Below, piece after piece: positions 18,594 to 28,737 of a stretch of DNA of 64,000 bases. The stretch comes from an uncultured delta proteobacterium (GTDB lineage Bacteria > Myxococcota_A > Polyangia > Haliangiales > Haliangiaceae): the NCBI GenBank assembly GCA_963743525.1, contig CAVUQH010000004.1, forward strand, positions 384,001-448,000, given 5' to 3'. The notes under the pieces are model-generated. The model was not told where the DNA came from. It saw only the letters and a program-made list of their open reading frames with translations, and ran no database searches. Within the stretch, counting starts at the first letter, position 1, and each line of letters starts with the position of its first letter. The translations under genes and the position numbers were made by a program.

Positions 18594-18827
18594 GTGATTC
18601 AGCTGTCAGAGATCGTGGAGATCGAGAACCGTCCGGCTCGGACGGTGACCCGGCAGCAAGCGACCACCCCGGTCACCGCCCGCTCGCCGCGGCGCAGACT
18701 GGCCAACGGCACCGGCGCGGTATCCACCGTCGAGGCGCCTCCCGGGTGGGACGAGGCCGATCTGGCGGCCGAGCTGGCGCCCGAGCCCGAGCCGACGACG
18801 CCCGACCCCGAGACCCTCGACCGCTGA
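18594..18827 (+). CDS. Small hypothetical protein (77 aa)
   Basis: GTG start with GGGAG upstream, high-GC3 codons, fills the gap before the convergent permease gene. Confidence 0.45.
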   Translation: MIQLSEIVEIENRPARTVTRQQATTPVTARSPRRRLANGTGAVSTVEAPPGWDEADLAAELAPEPEPTTPDPETLDR

Positions 18828-18837
18828 GCCGGACCGG

Positions 18838-19758
18838 CTAGCGCGGTTGAGCCACGGCGCCGAGCGCCCCGGCGAGGCCGGCGATGGCCACGCCCGGCGG
18901 CAGGGTCAGCCACCAGGCGAAGCCGCTGTCCTGGGCCTGGCGCAGGAGCTCGCCCCACGAGGCGGTCGGCGGTGGCGCGCCGAAGCCGAGGTAGCCCAGG
19001 GCGGCTTCGGCGAGCACGGCGGTCGCGGCGGTGAGCGCGGCGGCGATGGCGATCTGCGGCAGCGCGTGGGGCAAGGCGTGGCGAAGCAGCACCCGGCGGG
19101 GCGTGGCGCCGACGGCGCGCGCGGCGAGGGCGAAGTCGGAGGCCAGCGCCCGCTCGAGCCCGGCCAACGCCAGGCGGGCGGTGTCGGCGGCCCGCGGCAC
19201 CGCGACCAGGAAGACCACGGCCATCAGCCCGCCGCGACCGATCAATCCCTGGGCGGCGATCACCACGACGATGGCGGGCACGGCGGACACGGCATCACAC
19301 GCACCGACGATGCCACCGCGCACCGCACCGCCGCGGCCGGCGGCCAGCAGCGCCAGCGCCAGTGCCAGCAGCACCGACAGCGCGGCGGCGCCGGCGCCGA
19401 CGATGACCGCGGTACGGGTGCCATGGATCAGCCGCGACAGCACGTCGCGCCCGCGGTCGTCGGTGCCCAGCCAGTGAGCGTGTGACGGTGCCGCGAGGGG
19501 GTGGATGGCGCCGCCGGTGCGCACCGCGGTCGGGTCGTGTCGGACCGGCGGCCACAGCGCCCAGTCGTCGTGGGTCATGCGCGCGCGCAGGGCGTCGCCG
19601 GCGAGGTCGGCGGGCGGTGCGTGATCGATGACGTTGGGCAGCCAGTAGGTGTCGCCACCAAGGTGCAAGAGGATCGGTCGATCGCCGGCCAGGCAGTCGG
19701 CGAACAGCGCGGTGCCGACGGCGAGCGCGACGGCCAGCCACGCCAACCTACGCCGCAT
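18838..19758 (-). CDS. Peptide/nickel ABC transporter permease (DppC/OppC-like)
   Basis: HWLGTDDRGRDVLSRLIHG, EAA-like loop (AARAVGATPRRVLLRHALP), PPTASWG. Confidence 0.9.
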   Translation of the reverse strand: MRRRLAWLAVALAVGTALFADCLAGDRPILLHLGGDTYWLPNVIDHAPPADLAGDALRARMTHDDWALWPPVRHDPTAVRTGGAIHPLAAPSHAHWLGTDDRGRDVLSRLIHGTRTAVIVGAGAAALSVLLALALALLAAGRGGAVRGGIVGACDAVSAVPAIVVVIAAQGLIGRGGLMAVVFLVAVPRAADTARLALAGLERALASDFALAARAVGATPRRVLLRHALPHALPQIAIAAALTAATAVLAEAALGYLGFGAPPPTASWGELLRQAQDSGFAWWLTLPPGVAIAGLAGALGAVAQPR

Positions 19759-20734
19759 CGATGCCTCCGGCGCGCGGGTCGAGAGCGCGGCGACCGAGGT
19801 CGACCCCGGCCGACGCCAGCGCGATGACCAGGGCGTAGACCACCGACACACCGACGATGACCGGTTGATCGCCGCGCCCGGCGGCGTCGAGCAGCGCCGA
19901 GCCCAGGCCGCCGATGCCGAACAACCGCTCGACGACGACCGACGCGCCGAGCAGATAGGCGGTGAGCGCGACCAGCAGCGGCGCCAGCGCACCGGCCTGG
20001 GCGCGCAGCGCATGGTGGGCGAGCACGCGCCACTCGGAGCAGCCGCGGGCGCGGGCGGCCACGGCCCACGGCGCGGTTCGCGCGGCGACCAGCTCGGCGC
20101 GGGTGTGGCGGGCGATGACGAAAGCCGGCACCAGCGCCAGGGTCACGACCGGCAGCACCAGACCGGCGGCGCCGTTCATGCCGTCGATGGGAAACCACCG
20201 CCACGGCTCGCCGGCGGCCAGGGTGCGCAGCAGCAGCAGGCCGAGCCAGACCGGCGGCAGCGACACCGCAACCGCCGCGGCGGCGCCGAGCAGCGCATCC
20301 CCGGCGCTGCCGGGACGGCGGGCAGCGACCAGCGCGACGCCGACGCCCAGCGCCAGCGCGACCAGCAGCGACAGCAGCACCAGCTCGAGGGTCGGCGGCG
20401 CGGTCCGGCGAAGGTGCGCGCGCACCGGGCGCCGATCGATCCAGCTGCGACCGAAGTCGAGGGTCGGCGCGCCGCGCACGCTGGCCCAGACGCGCTCGGC
20501 GGCGCTGCCGGTGGCGCCGCGATCGCGGGCGACGTCGCCCACCACCGCGCGGCGCAGGGCGGCGGGCACGCGGGCGTCGTCGGGCGGAACCACGCCGGCG
20601 GCGGCGGCGGCGCGCTCGGCCGCCGAGCCGGGCGCCGACTCGGCCAGCATCGACGCGACGGCGGCGACCAGCAGCACGGTGACGACGACGCGCAGCAGCG
20701 CCGCCAGCGACGCGCGCCCGAGCCCGCGGGTCAT
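19748..20734 (-). CDS. Peptide/nickel ABC transporter permease (DppB/OppB-like)
   Basis: LDFGRSW...PTLEL, ARARGCSEWRVLAHHALR, VVVERLFGIGGLG...D.PVI. Confidence 0.9.
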   Translation of the reverse strand: MTRGLGRASLAALLRVVVTVLLVAAVASMLAESAPGSAAERAAAAAGVVPPDDARVPAALRRAVVGDVARDRGATGSAAERVWASVRGAPTLDFGRSWIDRRPVRAHLRRTAPPTLELVLLSLLVALALGVGVALVAARRPGSAGDALLGAAAAVAVSLPPVWLGLLLLRTLAAGEPWRWFPIDGMNGAAGLVLPVVTLALVPAFVIARHTRAELVAARTAPWAVAARARGCSEWRVLAHHALRAQAGALAPLLVALTAYLLGASVVVERLFGIGGLGSALLDAAGRGDQPVIVGVSVVYALVIALASAGVDLGRRALDPRAGGIDAA

Positions 20735-22338
20735 GGCGCCCTCGCCTTCCACAAATAGCGCGCCGACAACCCGGCGCCGCGGGCCAACCCGCCGATGTCG
20801 TCCCGCGCCAGCCCGGCGCGCGTGTCGGCGGTGATGAACGTGTACGGCTGCAGCTCGTGCAGGCGCCGATCGATCTGCCGTTGCAGGGTCGCGCGGGCCG
20901 CGTCGTCGGGCTCACTGCGCGCGGCTTCGAGCAAGCGGTCGAGCTGCGGGTCCGACAACCCGCCGTAGTTCTCGCCACCGATCTCGCCGGAGTGGAAGCG
21001 GCTGTACAGATCCGGATCGCGATCGGTGGTGAACGCCATCAGCGCGATGTCGAAGCGACCGGCGCGCACGCGCGACAGCATCTCGGCGTACGGCACGGCG
21101 TCGACCACCAGCCGGGCAACGCCGCGGGCGTCGGCGGCCCACACGTCGGCGACCCGCTGCATGCTGCGCGAGCCGGCGGGCACGAGCAGGATCAACCGCG
21201 GTGGCTCGGGTGCGACGGCGCCGAGCAGCGACGCCGCCTGCGCGCGATCGAACGGCCACGGCGTCACGTCCGGATCGTCGCCGGGCGAGCCGGGCACGAA
21301 CGGGCCGCTCACCACCCGGGCACCGCCGAGGAAGCGCGCGGCCAACGTCCGCCGGTCGAGCAGCATGGTCAGCGCGCGGCGCGCGCGCACATCGCCGAGC
21401 GGCGGGTGGCGCAGGTTGTAGACCGCGGCCAGGTAGGCCGGGCGCTGGTAGCCATAGGCGATCACGTGCGGCTGCGCGGCCGCTGCCGCGATCGCCTCGT
21501 CGGTGGGCATCTGCGGCGCCACGTCCAGCGCATCTGCTCCGAGCATGGCGACGGCGCGGCTGCGGCTGGGCACGACGCGATAGACGATGTGCGCGGCGGC
21601 GGCCGGCGTGCCCCAGTAGTGGTCCCAGCGCGACAGCGCGATCGACTCGCCGGGCGTCCACGCGGCCAGGCGCAGCGGCCCGGTGCCGACCGGCGCGCGA
21701 TTGGCCGGCGCCACGGCCAGGTCGCCGCCGCTGAAGACGTGAGCGGGCAGGATCGGCACGTCGGCCAGAAGCTCGCGCCGCCCCGGCCGCGGACCCGCGA
21801 ACACCAACTCGACCTGGTGATCGCCGACGGCGCGCACATCCTTTAGATCATCGAGGGCCGAGGCCAGCCAGCTGGCGATGCGGGCCGGCGGCGCGAGCAA
21901 CCGGTAGGTGAAGACGACGTCGTCGGCGCCGAACGGCTTGCCGTCCTGCCACAACACGCCCTGGCGCAGGGTCGCCCGCACTCGCGTGCCACCCTCCTCT
22001 ACCGCCACCGATTTGGCCAGACACGGCTCGGCTTCGGCGCCCGGGCGTGGCCGGCACAGCAGCCCCTCGTAGATGTCGCCGGCCGCGATGCGCAGCGCCA
22101 GGCCGTCGCCGGCGAGCAGCGGATCGAGGTGCGCCGGCTCCGCCTCGAGTCGCACGCGCACGGTGGCGCCGGGATCCGGCGGCGCGGTCGGATCGACCGG
22201 CGGCGCCACCGCGGCCACGGGCGACGCCGCCGCGCCGCCATCGTCGGAGGTCGCCACGGTGCCGCCGCGCTCGAAGCAGCCGCCTCCCGCGACGGCTAGC
22301 GCGATCGCGCCCGCGACCACCCGCATGCGGCCCCGCAT
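20731..22338 (-). CDS. Family 5 ABC substrate-binding lipoprotein
   Basis: Lipobox, LDP, LRQGVLWQDGKPFGADDVVFT, PVGTGP. Confidence 0.9.
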   Translation of the reverse strand: MRGRMRVVAGAIALAVAGGGCFERGGTVATSDDGGAAASPVAAVAPPVDPTAPPDPGATVRVRLEAEPAHLDPLLAGDGLALRIAAGDIYEGLLCRPRPGAEAEPCLAKSVAVEEGGTRVRATLRQGVLWQDGKPFGADDVVFTYRLLAPPARIASWLASALDDLKDVRAVGDHQVELVFAGPRPGRRELLADVPILPAHVFSGGDLAVAPANRAPVGTGPLRLAAWTPGESIALSRWDHYWGTPAAAAHIVYRVVPSRSRAVAMLGADALDVAPQMPTDEAIAAAAAQPHVIAYGYQRPAYLAAVYNLRHPPLGDVRARRALTMLLDRRTLAARFLGGARVVSGPFVPGSPGDDPDVTPWPFDRAQAASLLGAVAPEPPRLILLVPAGSRSMQRVADVWAADARGVARLVVDAVPYAEMLSRVRAGRFDIALMAFTTDRDPDLYSRFHSGEIGGENYGGLSDPQLDRLLEAARSEPDDAARATLQRQIDRRLHELQPYTFITADTRAGLARDDIGGLARGAGLSARYLWKARAP

Positions 22339-22347
22339 GCTTCGAAC

Positions 22348-24105
22348 CTACTCCGCCGGCGGCTCGAGCGACAGCGCGGTCAGATCGATCCAGCCGTCCC
22401 ACACCACCGCGCCGTGGACGCGCGCGCTGATCAGACCATGGGGATCGGGCGCCGTGATCGGCGCGATCGGCCAGCTCACGGCCAGTGCCTGGGCCAGCGT
22501 GCCCATCGCGGCGGCGCGGGCGGCCGGATCCCAGCGGTCGCGCAGCGCCGCCAGGGCGCGGTCGACGGCGGCATCGGAGAAGCGGCCGTAGTTGAGCGCG
22601 CCGCCGGTCTCGAGCAGCGGCGACAGATCGTCGTTGACCATGCCGCTCCAGCTGACCAGCGCCAGATCGAAGTCGTGGTCGGCCAGCCGCTTGGCCAACA
22701 GCCCGGCCGGGCCGCGGCGGACGTCGATGCGAAAGCCGGCGTGCTGCAAGCTGTCGACGATGAGGTCGCGCTCGTCGTCGTCCTCGTCGGTGGCCAGCAG
22801 CGACACCGACAGCGGCTGGCCGCGTTTCTCGCGCTTGCCGTCGCCGTCGAGGTCGCGCCAGCCGGCGGTGTCGAGCAGGCGGTAGGCCTCGGCCGGATCG
22901 TAGGACGGCGCCTGCGGCGATGGGCCGTCGCCGGGACCGCCCGGCCACACCGGACCGGCGATCGGTCGCGCCAGGTTGTGGTTGACCTCCTCGGCGATCT
23001 TCTTGCGCTGGACCAGCAGCACCACCGCGTGGCGCACCCGCGGATCGTCGAACGGCGGCTCGCCGGCATCCATCGCCAGGTAGCGGAACGCCGGCGGGCG
23101 CAGATCCAGGCGCGCGAACTTCTCGTCGATGCCCGGGGCGGTCAGCTGCTCGGGATAGTAGGCGGCGATCAGCGCCGGCACGATGTCGATGTCGCCGCGC
23201 TTGGCCGCGATCAGCGCCCGCGCGGCGTCGCCCTGAATCGCGATCTCGATGCGCGCGAGCCTGGGCGCCGAGCCCCAGTAGCGATCCCATCGCACGAGGG
23301 TGATCCGTTCGTCGTCCCAGCTGGCCAGGCGGAACGGCCCGGTGCCGACCACCGGCGCCTTGCGGCTGGCGCGCAGGTGACCTTGATAGACGTGCTGGGG
23401 AAGGATCGGAATCTCGGCCAGCGCGCGCAACACGTAGCCGTTGGGTCGGGACAGACGGACGCGCACGGAGCGCGCGCCGAGCAGCTCCACCGTGTCCACG
23501 TCCGACAACAAGCGGCGCAGGTGATCCGACGGACCTTTGGATCCGCGCACGGCGTCGAGGGTGAACTGCACATCCACCGAGGTCATTGGCTTGCCGTCGT
23601 GGAACAGCACGTCGGGCTGCAGGTCGAGACGAATCTCCAGGCCACTGGGATCGACGGTCCAGCTGCTCGCCAACCCGGCTTCGTAGGTGCCGGGCCCCGA
23701 GCCGGCACCACCCGCGGGCGGGACGTAGCGGATGAGCGATTCGAAGATCGCCGGCCGGCTGATCCGCCGCGTCCACACGGTCGGATCGACCAGCGGATCC
23801 AGGTGCACGGGATCGGCATCGATGGCGATGCGCAGCGTGTCGGGCCCGCGCACCGCGTGACCGCCCTTGCCACCAGAGGCGGCGGCCTGCAGCGCCGGGC
23901 TGGGCTCGGCCACCGGATCGGCCGGCCGGCGCCATTCGCGGCGATATGGGGAACAGCCGTCGCAGGTCGAGCAGGCACTCAGACTGAGCGCCACCGCGAC
24001 GTAAGCCAACTCACGCAACCGCTCTTTGAACGGCTTCTGGAGGCAAATGGCTCGACGCGTCGCAACCCCGCGCGCTCCAAGCACTTGTTGGCGGATTCGC
24101 GCCAT
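22348..24105 (-). CDS. Family 5 ABC substrate-binding protein (start probably nearer 24000)
   Basis: FHDGKPMTSVDVQFT, VVGTGPF, GWRDLDGDGKREK. Confidence 0.88.
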   Translation of the reverse strand: MARIRQQVLGARGVATRRAICLQKPFKERLRELAYVAVALSLSACSTCDGCSPYRREWRRPADPVAEPSPALQAAASGGKGGHAVRGPDTLRIAIDADPVHLDPLVDPTVWTRRISRPAIFESLIRYVPPAGGAGSGPGTYEAGLASSWTVDPSGLEIRLDLQPDVLFHDGKPMTSVDVQFTLDAVRGSKGPSDHLRRLLSDVDTVELLGARSVRVRLSRPNGYVLRALAEIPILPQHVYQGHLRASRKAPVVGTGPFRLASWDDERITLVRWDRYWGSAPRLARIEIAIQGDAARALIAAKRGDIDIVPALIAAYYPEQLTAPGIDEKFARLDLRPPAFRYLAMDAGEPPFDDPRVRHAVVLLVQRKKIAEEVNHNLARPIAGPVWPGGPGDGPSPQAPSYDPAEAYRLLDTAGWRDLDGDGKREKRGQPLSVSLLATDEDDDERDLIVDSLQHAGFRIDVRRGPAGLLAKRLADHDFDLALVSWSGMVNDDLSPLLETGGALNYGRFSDAAVDRALAALRDRWDPAARAAAMGTLAQALAVSWPIAPITAPDPHGLISARVHGAVVWDGWIDLTALSLEPPAE

Positions 24106-24120
24106 GATATCAACCGCTAC

Positions 24121-24795
24121 ATGCGTTCTGTCACATGGCTCGCCCTCGCGTCCCTGGTCGTTTTTGCCGGCTGCGAGGATACCGAGCTACAAGGCGCCAA
24201 GGCCGAGGTGAAAAAGGTCGAGTCCAACCTCGACTTGCCCGCGGTCCCCAACTTCGATCTTCCGCCGCAGGGCAACCCGCACAACGTGCGGGAGATGCGG
24301 CTCCTGGGACGTAACCTGCTCGATACCGAAGTCGACGTCAAGGGCTACGTCCTGTGGATCTACGACTGCAAAGAGCACGGCGGTCCGAAGGGTCCCATCG
24401 GCGAGCCGGGCATGAGCGACAAGGACAAAGAGAAGATCATCGAAGCGGACATGTCGCTCTGCTGGAAGCCTCACTTCATCATCGGCGACACCCCCGACAC
24501 TGCGCCCGGCCTGGGCATCGAGGTGGTCGAGGTCCCGCGCCCGATGCTCCCCGTCGAGCTGAAGAAGTTCCGCCGCAAGCCCAAGGCCGTCCGCGACGCG
24601 ACCCCCAAGCCGCCCGAAATCAACGTCGGCGACCTGGTCATCGTCAACGGCACCTGGGCCAAGCGCTCGCCCGCCGGCTTCGCCAACTCGACCGGCCTGA
24701 TCGTCTACCACTACCTGTGCCACGATGGTCAGCCCTGCGAGCCGCCCCCGCCGATGCCGGAAGGCGCGGAAGGCGGCGGCGGCCCCCTGCCGTAG
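24121..24795 (+). CDS. Hypothetical lipoprotein (possible OB-fold)
   Basis: MRSVTWLALASLVVFAGC lipobox; strong coding codon bias; 3' part of ORF 22414..24795. Confidence 0.75.
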   Translation: MRSVTWLALASLVVFAGCEDTELQGAKAEVKKVESNLDLPAVPNFDLPPQGNPHNVREMRLLGRNLLDTEVDVKGYVLWIYDCKEHGGPKGPIGEPGMSDKDKEKIIEADMSLCWKPHFIIGDTPDTAPGLGIEVVEVPRPMLPVELKKFRRKPKAVRDATPKPPEINVGDLVIVNGTWAKRSPAGFANSTGLIVYHYLCHDGQPCEPPPPMPEGAEGGGGPLP

Positions 24796-24818
24796 CCGCT
24801 CGACTCCGCTCGCTTCGC

Positions 24819-26510
24819 TCAGGGTGACTGGCGGGTCCACGGCGCGAGCAGCGTCTCGCAGTCGCCGGCATCGATCACCATCACCGCGTCCTCGCCGGTG
24901 ATGCGCGCGTAGCATCCATCCGTCGCCGCCGCGCCGATCTCCAACCCGCGCTGCACCCGCGCGCCGCCGGGCGGCTCGAACGCGACGCTGATCCGCGCGC
25001 GCGGGCGGCTCAGCCCAAAGGCCGGCGCCGCGCGGTCGGCGACGAAGCGCTCTGCGCGCAGGCGCGCAACCGCCTCGAGCAGCTTGCCGATGACAGCACC
25101 ATCGGGTCCGGCGCCCGCCGGAGCGCGGACCGTCCAATCCTCGAGCAGCTGCCCCCGCTCGAGCGACGTCTCGCCCCGCGGCCCGTGCCGATCGATCGCG
25201 CGCACGGCGCTGGGATCGAAGCTCCACAGCGACCGGTCGCGGAAGCGCGCGCGCGGCGGCGCGAACACCGCGCGGGCGCCGTCGCCGGCAGCGAACGCGA
25301 TCGGCTCACCGGCGCGGCGGACCATCCAGTCGCGGCCGGCGGCCAGCAACTCGACCCGGTCGGCGCGATCGCCGGCGTAGTGCAGCGTGACCGTAGCAAC
25401 CACCCGCGCCCCGGCCACTGGCGGCGCAAAGCCGTCTGCCGGCAGCGCATCGAGCGCCTGCGCCCAGTCGACCACGGCGTCGGCATCGATCGCCGCGCTG
25501 CCAACCTCGCGCCAACCGCCGCCGTCGGCGACCAGGTGCCGATCGCCGTCCGACAGGTCGATCGCCGTCGGCCGCCCGGCATCGAGCGCGACCAGATGAT
25601 GGTTGACCAGGTGCGGCGCCAGTGCCACGGCCATCGCCAGCTCGGTGACCGCAACCTCGGACACGCAGCCGGTGCCGATCGGCGTGGTCACCGCCACCTC
25701 GCCCTCGTGATCCGGGCACGGCCCGCGCTCGACCAACTCCCGAGTGCCGCCCTCGCCGATGACCCGCACCGACAGCGCAGCCGCGCGCGGCGGCGCCGCC
25801 GCGGGCAAGAAACGCGTCAGCCGCAAGTCGTCGAGGTGATCGAGCAGCGCGCGCACGGCGCCGGCGTCGGCGCGCGCTGCGCCGGAGAGCTGGGGAAGGT
25901 GCACCGCCAGCGGCCGTCCCGACAGCACCAGGTCACCGCCGGTCGTGTGAATCTCCAGGCCGGTCACATCGCGATGCCGAGTCGGCAGCGGCTGGCGCGC
26001 GCGCAGATCAGAAGCGCCACGGATCAGCGCCCGCGCAGCATAGCCGTTGACCAAGAAGACCCGATCACCGCGCGCCAGCCAGCTCTGGTCGGTGACGCCG
26101 ACAGCGGCGCCGACGCGCAACACCACCTCGCCGGCGCGTTGGTAGCGCAGATGCAGCACCGCGCGCGGGTGGTTGACACCGGCGCTGCCCGCGTCCTCGG
26201 CCGCCACCTCGCGCCGATACGACAACACCTCCAGCGTCCCGACGAGATCGCTCACCGCCGCGTCGTCAACCGGCGCCACCGCCGGCGCGGTCATGCGAAA
26301 GCCGTCCGGATCCGGCGCCCGCTCGAGGGTGACCGCCGGCTTACCCGGTCGGTCGATGGTGATCGCTTCGAGTCGATCGGCCCGCTGCTCGGGCACGATC
26401 CGCGCGCTCGGGTGAGCAACGCCGGCGGCGCCGCCGCCCGACAGCAGCAGATAGACCGCCAGCACCGCGGCGGCGATCGACAACAGCAACAGGTTGGCGC
26501 GCTCAGCCAC
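24819..26510 (-). CDS. DUF4340-like membrane-anchored protein
   Basis: N-terminal TM, repeated DUF4340-like units (W.V.AP....D, FGLSRPRARI); usual third gene of Gld-like ABC operons. Confidence 0.75.
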   Translation of the reverse strand: MAERANLLLLSIAAAVLAVYLLLSGGGAAGVAHPSARIVPEQRADRLEAITIDRPGKPAVTLERAPDPDGFRMTAPAVAPVDDAAVSDLVGTLEVLSYRREVAAEDAGSAGVNHPRAVLHLRYQRAGEVVLRVGAAVGVTDQSWLARGDRVFLVNGYAARALIRGASDLRARQPLPTRHRDVTGLEIHTTGGDLVLSGRPLAVHLPQLSGAARADAGAVRALLDHLDDLRLTRFLPAAAPPRAAALSVRVIGEGGTRELVERGPCPDHEGEVAVTTPIGTGCVSEVAVTELAMAVALAPHLVNHHLVALDAGRPTAIDLSDGDRHLVADGGGWREVGSAAIDADAVVDWAQALDALPADGFAPPVAGARVVATVTLHYAGDRADRVELLAAGRDWMVRRAGEPIAFAAGDGARAVFAPPRARFRDRSLWSFDPSAVRAIDRHGPRGETSLERGQLLEDWTVRAPAGAGPDGAVIGKLLEAVARLRAERFVADRAAPAFGLSRPRARISVAFEPPGGARVQRGLEIGAAATDGCYARITGEDAVMVIDAGDCETLLAPWTRQSP

Positions 26511-28737
26511 GCCGGCGAATCCTCCAGGCGATGGCGCCGGCAGCAGCGAACAGCAGCGGAATGATCAGCACGCAGAAGACGAAGGTGCCAGTGCGCTCGC
26601 CCGAGCTCATGACCAGGCGCAGCTGCTCGGGGGTCTTGTCGCCGACCCGCGCCAGCGATCCGCTGACCCGATCGCGCCCGGCCAGCCACAGCGCCGCCGA
26701 CGCGGCCAGCGGCTCGCCGGCGGTCAGCCCGCGCTTGGCCGCGGCGGCAGTGAACGGCACCGCGCTGCCGAAGACCACCGCGCGCCCGCCGGTGCGATCG
26801 TCCCAACCGGCGGCGGCGATGCACGCCGGACCGGGAAGGTCGTCGGCATCGGCGGCGGTCGATGCGCCGGCGCGGGCCAGATCGGTCTCGCCCCAGCCGC
26901 CCTTGGTGGTCTCGACCAGGCACGCATCGTGGGCGCCATCTTCCGGCGACGGCGCCGCTCCGACCACGCGCGGCAGCTGCCACACGCTGACCCGCCGATC
27001 GCGAAAGGCGGCACTGATCGGGTGGTCGCCGTAGCCGTGGGTGACGCGAAAGGCACCGGGCACGCCGACCGAGGCGTCGGGGCTGGGGTCGACAGCGACC
27101 GCCTGGGGCAGCGTGATGCCCAGCGGCTCGAGCACCAGCTCCAGCCCGGTGACCGGCAGGCGCGGCTGATCGCCATCGGTGGAGATCTCTGCCGACGCAA
27201 ACAACAGCACGCTGCCGCGCGCGTCGAGGTAGCGCTTCACCGCCAACGCATCGTCGGCCGGCAGCGCATCGGTCGGCGCGAAGACCAGCAGCACGCGGCA
27301 GTAGGCCGGCACGCCGCCGGCCAGCGAGCCGACCTCTTCGATCGCCATCCCCTCGCGCTCGAGACGCGCGGCCAGCCCCGACCAGTCGTCGCCGCCATCG
27401 GCGTGGGCGGGCAGCTCGCCGTGGCCGACGGTGGCGCAGACCACCGCGCGATCGCGCCAGGTGACCTCCGCGACGGCGCTGGCGATGGCGGCCTCGGCGC
27501 GGAACGTCTGCAGCTTGCCGGCACCGACCGCATCGCGCTCGAACTGCGCCAGATCGATCAGATCGACCACGCGCCGGCGGTCGCCCGACTGCACGACCAC
27601 GGCGCCGTAGTCGACCAGGTCGGCGGGGGCGATGGCGAACTCGTCGGCCAGCGAGCGGGCGCGGTCGGGCTCCAGCGATGGGTCGAGATCGCGGCGCGAC
27701 AACAGCGGCTGGCGGACGAGCATCCGATCGACGACGCGATCGACCTCCGCCCATACCGGTGCGAACTCGGCCTCGCCGGGGCGAATGACCAGAAGATCGA
27801 CCGGCGCGTCGACCCGAGCCAGCACGCCGCGGGTGACCGGGTCGAGACTGTTGCTGCCGGCGGCGCTGGTGTCCCAGCGGTGCGGGTGGCGGGCGACGAC
27901 CAGGCTGCCCTCGATGGCGATGATCGCGGTCAGCGCCGCGGCGATGAAGCGGCCCCCGACCAGTCCGCGACGGCGCCGGCCGACTGACGCCAGCGCGGTG
28001 GCCAGCGCCAACCCGCTGGCCGACAGTCCCAGGTAGAAGACCACCGGCCCCAGATCGATCGCGCCGCGCGAGAAGCGATCCATGTGCGCGCGCGGATCGA
28101 TCCAGTGCAGCACCGCGGCCAACCGCGGGGCGTCGTCGGCGAGCGACGGCACCAGCTGCGGGATCTGACCGAGGACCAGCAGCATCAGCAGCACGGCGAA
28201 GGTGGTGACGGCGGCGACGATCTGGTTGCGGGTGGCGGTGCTGGCGGCCAATCCGACGGCGAGGAAGCCCGCGCCTGCCAGCAACACGCCGAGGTACGCC
28301 GAGGCCACCGGCCCCGGGTCGAAGCCGACACCGGCGGGCGCGTAGCGGGCGAGCACCAGCAGATAGAGCAACGTCGGCGCCCACAACACCGCGTAGAAGG
28401 CGACGGCGCCCAGCCATTTGCCGAGCAAGATCGTCCGCGCCGGCAGCCGCGTGGTGAGCAAGAGCTCCCAGGTGCCGCGGCTCTTCTCCTCGGCGACCAG
28501 GCGCATCGACAGCGCCGCCACCACCGCGAAGATCACCGCCCACGACAGCACGGTGCCGCCGAAGTGTCCCTGCAACACCGCGCCGATCGGCGCCGGCGCC
28601 GCCGGGTTGGACAGCGCCTGCACCAGCGCCCAGAACGACAGCCCCTGCACCGCCAGGAACAGCACGCCGACGACGTAGGCGATCGGCGCGTGGAAGTAGG
28701 CGGCCAGCTCGCGGCGCGCGACCAGCAGCGCGTTCAC
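26503..28737 (-). CDS. GldF-like ABC-2 permease fused to GldG-like auxiliary domain
   Basis: GTG start ALLVARRELAAYFHAPIAY, SMRLVAEEKSRGTWELLLT, then RWDTS...SL, GHGE motif, C-terminal TM + WRIRRRG. Confidence 0.85.
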   Translation of the reverse strand: MNALLVARRELAAYFHAPIAYVVGVLFLAVQGLSFWALVQALSNPAAPAPIGAVLQGHFGGTVLSWAVIFAVVAALSMRLVAEEKSRGTWELLLTTRLPARTILLGKWLGAVAFYAVLWAPTLLYLLVLARYAPAGVGFDPGPVASAYLGVLLAGAGFLAVGLAASTATRNQIVAAVTTFAVLLMLLVLGQIPQLVPSLADDAPRLAAVLHWIDPRAHMDRFSRGAIDLGPVVFYLGLSASGLALATALASVGRRRRGLVGGRFIAAALTAIIAIEGSLVVARHPHRWDTSAAGSNSLDPVTRGVLARVDAPVDLLVIRPGEAEFAPVWAEVDRVVDRMLVRQPLLSRRDLDPSLEPDRARSLADEFAIAPADLVDYGAVVVQSGDRRRVVDLIDLAQFERDAVGAGKLQTFRAEAAIASAVAEVTWRDRAVVCATVGHGELPAHADGGDDWSGLAARLEREGMAIEEVGSLAGGVPAYCRVLLVFAPTDALPADDALAVKRYLDARGSVLLFASAEISTDGDQPRLPVTGLELVLEPLGITLPQAVAVDPSPDASVGVPGAFRVTHGYGDHPISAAFRDRRVSVWQLPRVVGAAPSPEDGAHDACLVETTKGGWGETDLARAGASTAADADDLPGPACIAAAGWDDRTGGRAVVFGSAVPFTAAAAKRGLTAGEPLAASAALWLAGRDRVSGSLARVGDKTPEQLRLVMSSGERTGTFVFCVLIIPLLFAAAGAIAWRIRRRG

